From: Clostridia bacterium
GTDB lineage: Bacteria > Bacillota > Clostridia > RGIG6154
Direction: 5' to 3'
Length of the DNA stretch: 64,000 nucleotides
Assembly: GCA_045589295.1 (NCBI GenBank)
Contig: JAZNOU010000007.1
Location: forward strand, 81,393-145,392
The translations under genes were made by a program, and so were the position numbers. Position 1 is the stretch's first letter; every line of letters starts with the position of its first letter. Shown here in pieces: positions 41,133 to 51,760 of this stretch. Under the pieces are notes generated by a model. That model searched no databases, was not told the origin of the DNA, and saw only the letters and a list, made by a program, of their open reading frames with translations.

Positions 41133-41220
41133 AAAACAACCTCCCTATCTTTATTTTATCATTTCAAACTACTAAAAAGAGTTTCACATATTGTAACATA
41201 CATCTAAATATTTTTCAATA

Positions 41221-41254
41221 AAAAAACGGATAATCCATTAAGACTATCCGCTTT
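41221..41254 (-). terminator. terminator after spoVG
   Basis: CGGATAATC...GACTATCCG hairpin with T run on the minus strand. Confidence 0.6.
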
Positions 41255-41265
41255 ATTCTTAATAA

Positions 41266-41547
41266 TTATTCAGCTACAGGTTCGTCAGCATCTTTAAGGC
41301 TTTCTTCATATTTAGCCAAAACTGCCTGCTGAAGTGATTCGCGCATCTGAACATTAATTGGATGTGCAATATCCTTAAATTCACCATCTGAAGTCTTACG
41401 GCTTGGCATTGCAATAAACAATCTATCCTGACCTTCAATAACCTTAATGTCATGCACTACGAATGCATCATCAAACGTTACCGAAACAACTGCTTTCATT
41501 CTCCCTTCTGCCGTAATACGTCTCACTCTAATATCTGTGATATTCAT
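41266..41547 (-). CDS. spoVG: septation regulator SpoVG
   Basis: [34 protein letters not shown]. Confidence 0.97.
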   Translation of the reverse strand: MNITDIRVRRITAEGRMKAVVSVTFDDAFVVHDIKVIEGQDRLFIAMPSRKTSDGEFKDIAHPINVQMRESLQQAVLAKYEESLKDADEPVAE

Positions 41548-41828
41548 GACCTTTCCTCCTTGTCTTTGGGTGCAACAAATCAACATTACCGCACCACTTT
41601 ATTAAAGTTTAATATTTTAGTAGTAACTTGTCAATAAATGTAGATAATTTTTGTTGGTTTTGACAAACGATTTGTATACTTTTTTGCAAAACTTTTCATT
41701 AAATCGTAACTTAAACCAGAAAATTTTCATATATTGCCGATATATCCATATTTTTTGAAAAATTCTATTGATTAAAATTGCCGCGTGTGGTATAATAAAT
41801 TTGTAAAAATATATAGGGAGGAATTTTT

Positions 41829-42188
41829 ATGGATTATATAAATAAGATTAGTGAAGAAGTCGGCAAAGCTGCCAGATTTATTTCCAAAGAAACAAGCAAA
41901 CTTGTTCAATCTGCAAAACTTACTTACACTGCTTCTGACATTGAGGCACAGCTTGAAAAAGTTTACACTTCAATTGGTAAAAAGTTTGTAGAAACTTGCA
42001 TCCGTGAAAACGAAACTCCTGAACAGTTTTCAGAAGAATTTGAATGTATTGCAGAGCTTAAAGACGCACTTGAAGCTACTAAAGATAAGATTTCAGAAAT
42101 TAAAAACACAAAAAAATGTCCTGCTTGCTCTGAACCCATTTCTGAAAATGATGCTTACTGCAAAAAATGCGGAGCTAAATCCGAATAA
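41829..42188 (+). CDS. coiled-coil protein with C-terminal zinc ribbon
   Basis: CPAC...CKKCG; GGGAGG RBS; sigmaA promoter TTGATT-17-TATAAT upstream. Confidence 0.8.
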   Translation: MDYINKISEEVGKAARFISKETSKLVQSAKLTYTASDIEAQLEKVYTSIGKKFVETCIRENETPEQFSEEFECIAELKDALEATKDKISEIKNTKKCPACSEPISENDAYCKKCGAKSE

Positions 42189-42206
42189 TTTTAAAAGAGG
42201 CTTATA

Positions 42207-43493
42207 ATGGATAAATTAGTTATAAACGGTGGAAAAAGTCTTAACGGCTCTGTAACAATCAGCGGTGCAAAAAATGCTGTTGTTGCTATCATCCCCTCGG
42301 CACTTTTGGTTGACGGAAAATGTGTTATTGAAAATGTCCCAACCATTGATGATGTATCTGTAATAACAGAAATTCTGACCCAGCTTGGTGCAAAAGTAAA
42401 ACTTATAAATAAGACAACTTTGGAAATTGACTCCAGCCATGTTGACACATACTGTGCTGACAACTCAATGGTAAGAAAAATGCGTGCTTCATATTATCTT
42501 ATGGGGGCACTTTTAGGAAAATTTCACAAAGCTGTTGTTTCAATGCCTGGTGGTTGTGACTTCGGTTCAAGACCTATAGACCAACACCTGAAAGGTTTTA
42601 AAACATTGGGTGCCGAGATTTCTCAAGAAAATGGCAACTACAGCTTGTGCGCAAACCAGCTCGTAGGTTCACATATTTTCTTTGATGTTGTTTCTGTTGG
42701 TGCAACTATTAATGTTATGCTTGCAGCTGTTAAAGCCCAGGGGCTTACAATAATCGAAAACGCTGCAAAAGAACCTCACATTGTTGATGTTGCCAACTTT
42801 TTAAACTCAATGGGTGCAAATATCAAAGGCGCGGGCACCGACGTTATAAAAATAAAAGGCGTTAATTTCTTAAAAGGTGGAACATATTCGGTTATCCCCG
42901 ATTATATTGAAGCCGGTACTTATATGCTTATGGCTGCCGCTGCCGGTGGTGATGTTACAATCAAAAACGTTATACCTAAACATTTAGAATCAATTTCTGC
43001 AAAACTCGTTGAAACAGGTGCAAACGTTGTCGAATACGAAGACAGTGTTAGAGTTATAAATTCTTCAAGACTTCAGCCCTGCAGAATTAAAACTTTACCT
43101 TATCCTGGTTTTCCAACTGACCTTCAACCTCTTGCAGTTACACTTTTAACTACTGCTTCAGGCACCAGTTATGTAAATGAAAGCGTTTGGGATAACAGAT
43201 TTCAGTATATAGACGAATTAAGACGTTTCGGCGCAAATCTTAATGTTGATGGTAGTACTGCTACTATTGAAGGTGTTTCTCGTCTTACCGGTTGCAAAGC
43301 AAAGGCTGTCGATTTAAGGGCTGGCGCTGCAATGGTTATGGCCGCCTTAATGGCAGATGGTCAGTCCGAGATTACAAACCTCAAATACATTGACCGAGGA
43401 TATGAAGACCTAGAAGAAAAGCTCACCAATCTTGGTGCTGACATAAAAAGAATTCGCGATTTCGAAGGATCTCCATTAAATATTGCAAACTAA
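42207..43493 (+). CDS. murA: UDP-N-acetylglucosamine 1-carboxyvinyltransferase
   Basis: GAKNA, RASYY, PGGCDFGSRPIDQH (catalytic Cys), PGFPTDLQ, DLRAGAA. Confidence 0.97.
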   Translation: MDKLVINGGKSLNGSVTISGAKNAVVAIIPSALLVDGKCVIENVPTIDDVSVITEILTQLGAKVKLINKTTLEIDSSHVDTYCADNSMVRKMRASYYLMGALLGKFHKAVVSMPGGCDFGSRPIDQHLKGFKTLGAEISQENGNYSLCANQLVGSHIFFDVVSVGATINVMLAAVKAQGLTIIENAAKEPHIVDVANFLNSMGANIKGAGTDVIKIKGVNFLKGGTYSVIPDYIEAGTYMLMAAAAGGDVTIKNVIPKHLESISAKLVETGANVVEYEDSVRVINSSRLQPCRIKTLPYPGFPTDLQPLAVTLLTTASGTSYVNESVWDNRFQYIDELRRFGANLNVDGSTATIEGVSRLTGCKAKAVDLRAGAAMVMAALMADGQSEITNLKYIDRGYEDLEEKLTNLGADIKRIRDFEGSPLNIAN

Positions 43494-43502
43494 AGGATTT
43501 GT

Positions 43503-44273
43503 ATGTTAAATTTTTGTTCACTTTTTAGTTCAAGCAGCGCTAATTGTCTGCTTGTTACTGACAAAAACACAAAAGTATTGATAGATTGCGGCTCAAGCCT
43601 TAAAAGGACTTCGGCCGCTCTTTTACGTCTTGGAATTGATATTGCTGACATAGATGCCATCTTGGTCACTCACGAGCATAGTGACCACATCTCAGGCATC
43701 CCACTCGCATCAAGCAAATATAATATTTCAGTATATGCAAACCAACTTACATACAACGCTATGAGCGGAAAAGAAAAAATCAAGAATTTGAATATTATTT
43801 CATTTGATGAGTTTAACATTGGAACGCTTACTATCATACCATTCAAAACTCCTCATGATTCAGCCTGCTCTTGTGGTTATGTTATAAAAAGCGGTAAAAG
43901 TCAACTTACCGTTGCAACTGACTTAGGACATATAGACCGTGAAATTTTAAAATATTTCTATGGTTCTGAATTTGTATTTTTAGAATCAAACCACGATATT
44001 CAACTGTTATTAAATGGCCCGTACCCATATTCACTAAAACGAAGAATACTGTCTGACGTTGGACATCTTTCAAACAATGCATGCTCAGACCTTGTTTGTC
44101 ACCTTGCATCCAATGGTGTAAAAAAATTTATGTTAGGACATTTAAGCGAAAGCAACAACACACCTGATATTGCACTGAAAACAACTATAGATTCCTTAAA
44201 CTTTAATAATCTTAGTGTAGAAAGCATCAGCGTTGCTCCAAAAGAAGAAATTTCAGAAATTATCACTATTTGA
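43503..44273 (+). CDS. metallo-beta-lactamase-fold hydrolase (YycJ/WalJ-like exonuclease)
   Basis: THEHSDH, TPHD, ATDLG, ESNHD, GHLSN, HLSESNN. Confidence 0.88.
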   Translation: MLNFCSLFSSSSANCLLVTDKNTKVLIDCGSSLKRTSAALLRLGIDIADIDAILVTHEHSDHISGIPLASSKYNISVYANQLTYNAMSGKEKIKNLNIISFDEFNIGTLTIIPFKTPHDSACSCGYVIKSGKSQLTVATDLGHIDREILKYFYGSEFVFLESNHDIQLLLNGPYPYSLKRRILSDVGHLSNNACSDLVCHLASNGVKKFMLGHLSESNNTPDIALKTTIDSLNFNNLSVESISVAPKEEISEIITI

Positions 44274-44323
44274 AAATAAAAAGCATACTATATAGTATAT
44301 TATTTATTTTGGATGTGACGGGT

Positions 44324-45220
44324 ATGCTTAACATAAAAAACAATTACAACTTTTTCTGTTTAGAAAGCGATTTAAAAATCTTATCTTCCTTTAAAGAAGC
44401 TAAGATTTTTTCTATTGGGAAAAGTGTTTGTAATAGAGATTTATATTGTATTAAGTTTGGTAAAGGAAACAAACATGTGTTTTTTAACGGGGCACATCAC
44501 GGTCTTGAATGGATTACCTCCCCACTGCTCGTGAAATTCTGTTATGATATCTTAAATTCAAAACACAAACGAATTTGCGGTTATGATGCTGAAAACATTT
44601 TAGAAAATACTACCTTTCATATTGTGCCAATGGTTAATCCTGATGGCATTGAAATTGCACAAAATGGCATTGATAAAAATTCACCTAACTATGAGAAATA
44701 TGTATCATATAACAAGGGTGAGGATTTTACTTCCAAATGGCAGGCAAATGCAAACGGTGTTGACTTAAACCACAACTATGACGCTTGTTTTTCGCTATCA
44801 AAACGAATGAATGAATCATCAGGAATAATAGGACCTAACTACACTAAATATACAGGAGAGTATTTTGAATCTGAACCGGAAAGCCGTGCTATTTGTGAAT
44901 ATGTGCGTAAAAACAGATTTTCCCTCACTCTTTCATTTCACTCGCAAGGCGAAGTTATTTATTATGATTATAATGGTAGAATTCCTCCAAGAGGATTAGA
45001 AATCGGGAAAATTCTATGCAAAGAAAGTGGTTATGTTTTAGACAAGGCAACAGGACTTACTGCATGTGGTGGTTTCAAAGACTGGTTTATAAAAATGTAT
45101 AATTTGCCCAGCTATACAGTCGAAGTAGGTTGTGGAAAAAACCCACTTCCATTCTCACAATTTGCAGAAATTTACGAGAAAGTTTTGCCGCTTATGCTTT
45201 CAGCCGCCGCACTTGCATAA
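44324..45220 (+). CDS. M14 zinc peptidase (gamma-D-glutamyl-meso-diaminopimelate peptidase-like)
   Basis: HHGLE, VNPDG, NANGVDLNHN, SEPES, FHSQG, TVEVG.G.NPLP. Confidence 0.87.
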   Translation: MLNIKNNYNFFCLESDLKILSSFKEAKIFSIGKSVCNRDLYCIKFGKGNKHVFFNGAHHGLEWITSPLLVKFCYDILNSKHKRICGYDAENILENTTFHIVPMVNPDGIEIAQNGIDKNSPNYEKYVSYNKGEDFTSKWQANANGVDLNHNYDACFSLSKRMNESSGIIGPNYTKYTGEYFESEPESRAICEYVRKNRFSLTLSFHSQGEVIYYDYNGRIPPRGLEIGKILCKESGYVLDKATGLTACGGFKDWFIKMYNLPSYTVEVGCGKNPLPFSQFAEIYEKVLPLMLSAAALA

Positions 45221-45332
45221 CCTAACTTTTTCTTGACTAAAAATAACATTTATTATATAATTTTAACAAACAAGAGTTGTAAATTTATTTTGAATTATGT
45301 ATTTAAAACCATCTGTAAAACAAGGAGAAGAA

Positions 45333-46001
45333 ATGGTTAATTTAGGTAATGATTGGGATGAACTTTTAAAAGAAGAATTTGAGAAAGATTACTATTTAAA
45401 TCTTCGTTCCTTTCTTGTAAATGAATACAAATCCAAGCATATATATCCTGATATGTATGATATTTTTAACGCACTAAAATACACTGAGTATAAAAATGTA
45501 AAGGCTGTAATTTTGGGACAAGATCCCTATCATGGGTTTGGGCAAGCTCATGGTCTTTGCTTTTCAGTAAAAAAAGGTGTCAAAAAACCTCCATCTCTAG
45601 TTAATATTTTTAAAGAGTTAAAATCTGACCTTGGAATTGACGAGCCGACTCACGGTGAACTGACTCACTGGGCAAAGCAAGGTGTTCTATTGTTAAACAC
45701 AACCCTTACCGTGCGTGAGGCAGCTCCTGCCAGTCACAAGGGAAAAGGATGGGAAATTTTTACCGATAGAATTATTGAACTGTTGAATAAGCGCGACAAA
45801 CCAATTGTTTTTATTCTATGGGGCTCAAATGCACGTTCAAAAACTTCCTTAATAACAAACCCAATTCACAAAGTTTTAGAAACAGTTCACCCAAGTCCCC
45901 TTTCAGCTTATGGTGGTTTTTTTGGATGTAAACATTTTTCTCAAACAAATGAGTTTTTAAAAAACAACAACTTAGGCGAAATTGATTGGAAAATACAATG
46001 A
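45333..46001 (+). CDS. ung: uracil-DNA glycosylase
   Basis: GQDPYH, PPSL.NI, GVLLLN, HPSPLS. Confidence 0.97.
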   Translation: MVNLGNDWDELLKEEFEKDYYLNLRSFLVNEYKSKHIYPDMYDIFNALKYTEYKNVKAVILGQDPYHGFGQAHGLCFSVKKGVKKPPSLVNIFKELKSDLGIDEPTHGELTHWAKQGVLLLNTTLTVREAAPASHKGKGWEIFTDRIIELLNKRDKPIVFILWGSNARSKTSLITNPIHKVLETVHPSPLSAYGGFFGCKHFSQTNEFLKNNNLGEIDWKIQ

Positions 46002-46867
46002 GAGAATTAATTTTAAAGATTGAAAAATCTTACGAAAACTTTTCAGTAGGCGAACTTTTAAAAAGGCACTTTTGCTTATCGTCACGGCTTATTTCAAAAC
46101 TAAAACTTTCAGGCGGAATTATTCTAAATGGAGAAACAGTTACTGTCAGAAAAACTGTTAAAATCGGCGATATACTTTGCATAAAATTCCCACAAAATCA
46201 ATCGCAAAATGTTATTCCCGTCAAGCTTCCGCTTGATATATTATATGAAGATGAAGATATTCTCGCTGTTAACAAGCCAAAAAATATGCCCGTACACCCA
46301 TCTTTGAATAATTATGACAATACTCTTGGCAACGCGGTAATGTTTTATTACAAAGACTCACCTTTTGTATATAGACCTGTCAATAGATTAGACAGAGATA
46401 CAACAGGTATTGTCATTATTGCAAAAACACCCCAGGCATGCCACGATCTTAGCAAGCAAATGCAGGAAGGCAAATTCAAAAAAGAATATCTTGCCCTCCT
46501 AAGCGGGGTTCCCTCACCCGAATATGGTATTATAGATGCTCCAATCAAAAGAGAACAAGAAAGCATTATAAAACGTTGTGTAGCAAGTGATGGTCAAAAA
46601 GCTATTACAGAATATGTAATTATTGATAAAAACGAACATTCATCTGTTGCACACATTAAACTCCACACAGGCAGAACACACCAAATACGTGTACATTTTG
46701 CTCATATCGGTTATCCACTTAAGTATGACTTTTTATATGGAATTGAAGAAGAAAACAAAACTTTTTGTCTGCATTGCTACAAACTTACTTTTTTCCATCC
46801 TGTAACCAAGGAGCGTGTTTGCCTGATTTGTAATCCATCTAACGACTTCAACTTATCAAATAATTAA
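45998..46867 (+). CDS. RluA-family pseudouridine synthase
   Basis: [26 protein letters not shown]. Confidence 0.93.
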   Translation: MRELILKIEKSYENFSVGELLKRHFCLSSRLISKLKLSGGIILNGETVTVRKTVKIGDILCIKFPQNQSQNVIPVKLPLDILYEDEDILAVNKPKNMPVHPSLNNYDNTLGNAVMFYYKDSPFVYRPVNRLDRDTTGIVIIAKTPQACHDLSKQMQEGKFKKEYLALLSGVPSPEYGIIDAPIKREQESIIKRCVASDGQKAITEYVIIDKNEHSSVAHIKLHTGRTHQIRVHFAHIGYPLKYDFLYGIEEENKTFCLHCYKLTFFHPVTKERVCLICNPSNDFNLSNN

Positions 46868-46885
46868 TTTTTTAACAAAAACCAC

Positions 46886-46914
46886 TTGCCAAACGCCACA
46901 TTGTGTGTTATAAT
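46886..46914 (+). promoter_or_regulatory. sigmaA promoter of the tRNA pair
   Basis: TTGCCA, 17 nt, TG-T-TATAAT. Confidence 0.75.
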
Positions 46915-46929
46915 CAAATAGTTGCAAGT

Positions 46930-47006
46930 GGCCCGGTAGTTCAGTTGGTTAGAACGCCTGCCTGTCACGCAGGAGGTCGAGAGTTCGAGTCTCTTCCGGG
47001 TCGCCA
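46930..47006 (+). tRNA. tRNA-Asp (GTC)
   Basis: Cloverleaf GGCCCGG...CCTGC-CTGTCAC-GCAGG...GTTCGAGT...CCGGGTC-G-CCA. Confidence 0.97.
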
Positions 47007-47009
47007 TTT

Positions 47010-47085
47010 GCTATTGTAGCTCAGTTGGTAGAGCACCACATTGGTAGTGTGGAGGTCACGGGTTCGATTCCCGTCAATAGCTCCA
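47010..47085 (+). tRNA. tRNA-Thr (GGT)
   Basis: GCTATTG/CAATAGC acceptor stem, CCACA-TTGGTAG-TGTGG anticodon arm, GGTTCGATTCC, encoded CCA. Confidence 0.96.
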
Positions 47086-47091
47086 AGAAAA

Positions 47092-47130
47092 ACCGCTTTG
47101 CAGAGCCATTTTGCAAAGCGGTCATTTTTT
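47092..47130 (+). terminator. terminator after the tRNAs
   Basis: ACCGCTTTGCA...TGCAAAGCGGT followed by a T run. Confidence 0.75.
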
Positions 47131-47150
47131 ATTTTTAAGGAAATCGTAGT

Positions 47151-47183
47151 TTTGTCTATTATTTGTCCGTTATTTGGCCGTTA
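47151..47183. repeat. three tandem 11-bp imperfect repeats (TTTGTCTATTA, TTTGTCCGTTA, TTTGGCCGTTA)
   Basis: Read directly; 65 nt downstream of tRNA-Thr. Confidence 0.8.
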
Positions 47184-47196
47184 AAAAAGCAGCTCA

Positions 47197-48264
47197 TTAG
47201 AGCTGCTTTACAATTTCTAACAAATCATTTTGAATTTTATCAATGTCTGCAACAAGCTTGAACTGATTTCTTGCACGATCTAAGTTATGATTTGGTCTGT
47301 GAATCTTGAAGTATGTATCACCTTCCAAATAGTCTGTCAAGAATCTAATTCCGCATTCGTAAGTCAAAAGCTTAACTGAAAATGGTAATAATTCTTTTTC
47401 TCTTTCTGTTAATGTTTCCCCTACTTCTGAGCAAAAACCTTTAGCAAATGCTTCAAACGCTTTAGGGTCAAAGTTTACTTTACTTAAATCAGTTTCGTCT
47501 TCTGCACCTGTTGATGCGCCCATTCTAAGTGCATCACCAAAATCATAGAGAATACTACCCGGCATAACGGTATCCAAATCAATTACGCAAACTGCTTCTC
47601 TTGTTTTTTCATCAAACAAAATGTTATTAATCTTTGTATCGTTATGTGTAACTCTAAGCAAGATATCGCCTTTTTCAATACCATCTGTTACTATACTTGC
47701 TTCATTTGCAAATTTAAGTGCAAAATCAATTTCTTCCTGAACAGAAGCAGCTCTACCGGCTTTATCTTCTTTGATTGCCTTTAATAAATTTTCAACACGT
47801 TTTGGTGTGTTATGAAAATCAGGAATTGTTTCATAAAGTTCTTCTGCTGGAAAATCTGAAAGTAATTTTTGAAAATGTCCAAATCCTTTACCAGCATTAA
47901 ACAAATCTGTATACGATTTGCTTGATTCAATGGCAATTGTATTTTTTACAAATTCATACACTCTAAAAACATTGTTATCATCAACTTTGTAACAATTTTT
48001 ACCATGTATTGTTTTGATAACTCTCATAGTTCCGCGGGCAGGATCTCCACCTTCGGCCGCAATCTTTTCGCGCAGAAAATCTGTAACCTTTTCAACATTA
48101 TCCATTAGTTTTTCAGGATTTTTAAACACATTTGTGTTAATTCTCTGCAAAATATAATCCTTTGAGCTTGTAAGATATGTATCATTAATGTGTCCGTTAC
48201 CGTATCTTTCAACATCCCTACCGAGATTAAACTCATCTAAAATCTTATTTAAATTAATAGACAT
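47197..48264 (-). CDS. APH/choline-kinase-like phosphotransferase (N-acetylhexosamine 1-kinase-like)
   Basis: GNGHINDTY, LQRIN, HNDTKINN, IDLDTVMPG, RFLTDYL.GD.YFK. Confidence 0.85.
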   Translation of the reverse strand: MSINLNKILDEFNLGRDVERYGNGHINDTYLTSSKDYILQRINTNVFKNPEKLMDNVEKVTDFLREKIAAEGGDPARGTMRVIKTIHGKNCYKVDDNNVFRVYEFVKNTIAIESSKSYTDLFNAGKGFGHFQKLLSDFPAEELYETIPDFHNTPKRVENLLKAIKEDKAGRAASVQEEIDFALKFANEASIVTDGIEKGDILLRVTHNDTKINNILFDEKTREAVCVIDLDTVMPGSILYDFGDALRMGASTGAEDETDLSKVNFDPKAFEAFAKGFCSEVGETLTEREKELLPFSVKLLTYECGIRFLTDYLEGDTYFKIHRPNHNLDRARNQFKLVADIDKIQNDLLEIVKQL

Positions 48265-48496
48265 TTATACACCCCGTAAAATTATTTTTTCAAACCGAAA
48301 TACATTTTATCATTGCGAAAAAAATCAGACAAGTTTTATTAATAAATATAGCTTTTATCATAAAAAAAGTATCTTATTATATAACTTGCCTATTAACAAT
48401 AAGATTTTACCACAAAAAATAATTTTAGTCAATAGTTATTTTTATGTGAAAAATTTCAAATATTTCTTATGCACATCTGTACTAAATTTTTTCAAA

Positions 48497-48526
48497 TTAA
48501 AAGACCTGCTAAACACAGGTCTTTAA
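48497..48526 (-). terminator. terminator after the oxidoreductase operon
   Basis: AAAGACCTG...CAGGTCTTT hairpin. Confidence 0.65.
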
Positions 48527-48528
48527 AA

Positions 48529-49512
48529 TTATCTGTCATTATAAATTCTTTCAATAATGTCTACAGCTTTTATTCCCTCATAACCACTGACATATTCAAT
48601 ATCCTGCCCATTTATAACATCAATAAATGCACTAAATTGTTTTGCATGTTCAAAATACTGTACTGCAGTAGGATCGCTGCTTGAGCCTAAGGAATTATAT
48701 TTTTCACAAGGTTGTTCCTCGCCATCAATAACAAGTTTTTCAATGCAATTATCACAAATATACATATAACCTTTTGTTCCATGAACTTTCATTTCTCTGT
48801 CAAAGCTTGGATTAACTGCTGTAGTTGCCTCTATTACACCTAAAGCTCCATTTTCAAACTCAACAGCAGAAACAGCGGTATCTTCAACTTCAATATTGTG
48901 AACTAAAGTCTTAACAATACTCTTAATGTTTTTAACAGGGCCAACAATATACTGAAGCAAATCAACACCATGAATTCCCTGATTCATTAAAGCTCCGCCG
49001 CCATCCATTTTAAGCGTACCTCTCCAACTACCTTTGTAATAGTCTTCACTACGGTAATACTTCATATAAAGGTCACATAAAACGAGTTTTCCCAACTTGC
49101 CTGTCTGTACAATTTCTCTTGCACGCTTAATATCTGGTGAGGTTCTAAGCTGAGAAACCACCATGATTTTCGCACCATTTTTCTCTGATGCCTCAATTAT
49201 TCTTTCACAATCTTTTGTATTTATAGCCATTGGTTTTTCAACCACAACATTAATTCCTGCATTTAAAAATTTAATTGCAAGTTCCGCATGTGTTCCACTG
49301 GGAGTGCAAATACATACTATATCAACGTTTTTATCGTTTAAAATTTCATCAATGTTTTCATAGCATTTAATACCATATTTTTCAGAAAAGGTTTTTGCAG
49401 CCTCAACATTAACATCACAACAGCCTAAAAGTTTTGCATTTTCAAGACTTTCAACTGCTTTTGCGTGAATGTTTGATATCATTCCGCATCCAAATATAAC
49501 AAAATTTTTCAT
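48529..49512 (-). CDS. Gfo/Idh/MocA-family oxidoreductase
   Basis: GCGMI, ICTPSGTH, VEKP, WRG....GGGALMNQGIH.VD. Confidence 0.92.
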   Translation of the reverse strand: MKNFVIFGCGMISNIHAKAVESLENAKLLGCCDVNVEAAKTFSEKYGIKCYENIDEILNDKNVDIVCICTPSGTHAELAIKFLNAGINVVVEKPMAINTKDCERIIEASEKNGAKIMVVSQLRTSPDIKRAREIVQTGKLGKLVLCDLYMKYYRSEDYYKGSWRGTLKMDGGGALMNQGIHGVDLLQYIVGPVKNIKSIVKTLVHNIEVEDTAVSAVEFENGALGVIEATTAVNPSFDREMKVHGTKGYMYICDNCIEKLVIDGEEQPCEKYNSLGSSSDPTAVQYFEHAKQFSAFIDVINGQDIEYVSGYEGIKAVDIIERIYNDR

Positions 49513-49528
49513 AGTTATCTCCAACATA

Positions 49529-50800
49529 TTACAGATTATTGAATTTTTTTAAATAATTATCGTAGTAGGCAGATGTTTCAAAAACGCCACCATTATTTGA
49601 ATAGTAGTTATCATCCAGGTTGTAAATTGTATCATCACCACTATCAGCACCGTATGGCAATCTTTTCTTCATTTCCTGCCAATTGATATAATTCTGAGCG
49701 CCGTTAGATTCAACAACACCTATCTTCATACCTTTCAAAGGTTTAATTCTTGCAGCAAAATTTTTATTCCATTCAACCATAATTGGATTTACAGTTAAAT
49801 CCGCGCAAAAACACTGAACATTGTTTTCCTCAGCACAATTTGCCATATCAATAGTTACGCTTAAAGTTTTAGCAATAGGTTTTAAAGTAATTGCCTTATA
49901 ACCAAGCTCAATACGACGTTTTACGTCCTTTAAGCTATGAGCACTTTCATCTGCAGCAAAAACAACAGGAAGGTCTCCAACAAAAATCTCATTTTCAGGT
50001 GAGAACGGTTCTTCAAATAAAACAGTCTGAGCCGCAATACCAGTTTCAATCATAAAATCAACAACTTCTTTAAGTTGCTCTTTTGTCTGATATCTTCCGT
50101 TGGCGTCAAAATAGTAAACAGCTCTTCCGCAATCTGTATATGGTGTACTTGTGTCCTTAAGAGCATTGTGGATTGAAAGCATTCTCTCTTTGTCCCATGC
50201 AATCATTTTTTGAGCATCACCGTCACCATCAGGATCAGAGCCAATTTTAATTTTGAAAATGCACACCCCGTCTTCTGCCATTTGTTTTACTTTTTCAACC
50301 GGCACACCATATGTTATAAGCGGAATGTTGGCAAGTTTTTGAGTTTTTCCAACGCCATTAAATATACTATCAAAACTATTAACATTATTTGTTCTTGCCC
50401 AAAGTTGCCATAATGCAAAATCCAAAGGAACTAATGCATTCAAAACAAAAGTTTCTGTAACTTCCATTTCAGTAATTTTTTTAGCATATTCAAAACATTC
50501 GTCAAATATATCATTTATGAAATCTTTTGGGCTTTCAAAGCTTTTACCTTCAATAAGCTGTGTAGCAAACTGAGTAACAGCAAACATCAATTCGTTTGAT
50601 TTTTGCTCGCCGTATGTTGCAAAAACATTACTGTCTGACCAAAGTACGCTCTGAACTCCAAGTCCTAATCCTGAAAAAGATTCGCTATAAACCGCAACAC
50701 TTGTCTGCCAAACACCACTTAAAGTTTTTCCTTTAAAGCCAAAAGAGTTTATAAATTTTTCAGATTCATATGCGCAATACGCTTTAGTTATTTTCATCAT
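49529..50800 (-). CDS. enolase-superfamily enzyme (mandelate racemase/muconate lactonizing-like; epimerase or dehydratase)
   Basis: KIKIG (KxK), DAN, EEP and ADES metal ligands, and a second Lys in LKPIAK. Confidence 0.82.
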   Translation of the reverse strand: MMKITKAYCAYESEKFINSFGFKGKTLSGVWQTSVAVYSESFSGLGLGVQSVLWSDSNVFATYGEQKSNELMFAVTQFATQLIEGKSFESPKDFINDIFDECFEYAKKITEMEVTETFVLNALVPLDFALWQLWARTNNVNSFDSIFNGVGKTQKLANIPLITYGVPVEKVKQMAEDGVCIFKIKIGSDPDGDGDAQKMIAWDKERMLSIHNALKDTSTPYTDCGRAVYYFDANGRYQTKEQLKEVVDFMIETGIAAQTVLFEEPFSPENEIFVGDLPVVFAADESAHSLKDVKRRIELGYKAITLKPIAKTLSVTIDMANCAEENNVQCFCADLTVNPIMVEWNKNFAARIKPLKGMKIGVVESNGAQNYINWQEMKKRLPYGADSGDDTIYNLDDNYYSNNGGVFETSAYYDNYLKKFNNL

Positions 50801-50809
50801 ACACCTCAA

Positions 50810-51760
50810 TTAAGAAAAAAGCTTGGTTCCTCTTCTTGCTGCATATCCTCTTTCAAATTCATTTCCATCAAAAGAAGTTTTATTAAGCAAATCACTATCA
50901 AAAGGAACTTCTATACCACCATTTTCCTTAGATGCCTTTCCTGCGAGCAATATTTTTATAGCATCACACATTTGGTCGCATGTTGCGATGGTATTTTCTT
51001 TACCTTCAACATAGTCACACACATTATCAAGCATCTTTTTATAGAATTTTGAATTGTCAACTGCAAAGCAATAATCAAAATCAACCTGCGGGTCGGAAGA
51101 AAGCACAATAGCATTAAAGAAAGTAAATTTACCTAAATAGTTTATATACTGTGCAGTTGTACCATCATCGAATTTAACAAAATATGTTTCACAATTTTTA
51201 GAATCAACAACAGCTCTGCCAACGAACTTACAGCTTACTGGTCTTGCTTCGTAAAGTCCACAAAGGAATTCAATAGCATGGATAGCATAGTTGAAATCAT
51301 CAGGACCAACTGTTACTACAGTGTGTACCGGCTTTGCATCCACTTCTTTAAGTTTTGCCTTAATATCATCTACTTCATCGCAGTATCTAAGTGCTGAAGT
51401 ACCAATAATTTTTCCGCCATTTGCACAATATTCTTCAAGTTTTCTCAAATCATCCATATTGCCAACGATTGGTTTGTCGATAAACACTGGTTTATTTCTG
51501 TCAATAAAAGGTTTAACATAATTTAAATGTTTGTCCCAATTACAGCTATGGCAAAAACCAATATCAACCATATCTGCAAGTTCTTCTAAAGTATTACAAA
51601 TTTTAAGGTCCATTTTCTTTGCAAAAGCTTCAACCTCATCATTACCTCTAAAGCCATCGTTATAAACAGCAACATAACGTGCACGATCGCCCTGAGCAAG
51701 AATTTCTGAAAATGCTTTTGGGTGAGAAACATCAATATTTATTGCTCCTACCTTTATCAT
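50810..51760 (-). CDS. Gfo/Idh/MocA-family oxidoreductase (divergent, DKP type)
   Basis: NIDVSHP, FIDKP, SALRY, YAIHA. AGGAG RBS before ATG 51760. Confidence 0.8.
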   Translation of the reverse strand: MIKVGAINIDVSHPKAFSEILAQGDRARYVAVYNDGFRGNDEVEAFAKKMDLKICNTLEELADMVDIGFCHSCNWDKHLNYVKPFIDRNKPVFIDKPIVGNMDDLRKLEEYCANGGKIIGTSALRYCDEVDDIKAKLKEVDAKPVHTVVTVGPDDFNYAIHAIEFLCGLYEARPVSCKFVGRAVVDSKNCETYFVKFDDGTTAQYINYLGKFTFFNAIVLSSDPQVDFDYCFAVDNSKFYKKMLDNVCDYVEGKENTIATCDQMCDAIKILLAGKASKENGGIEVPFDSDLLNKTSFDGNEFERGYAARRGTKLFS

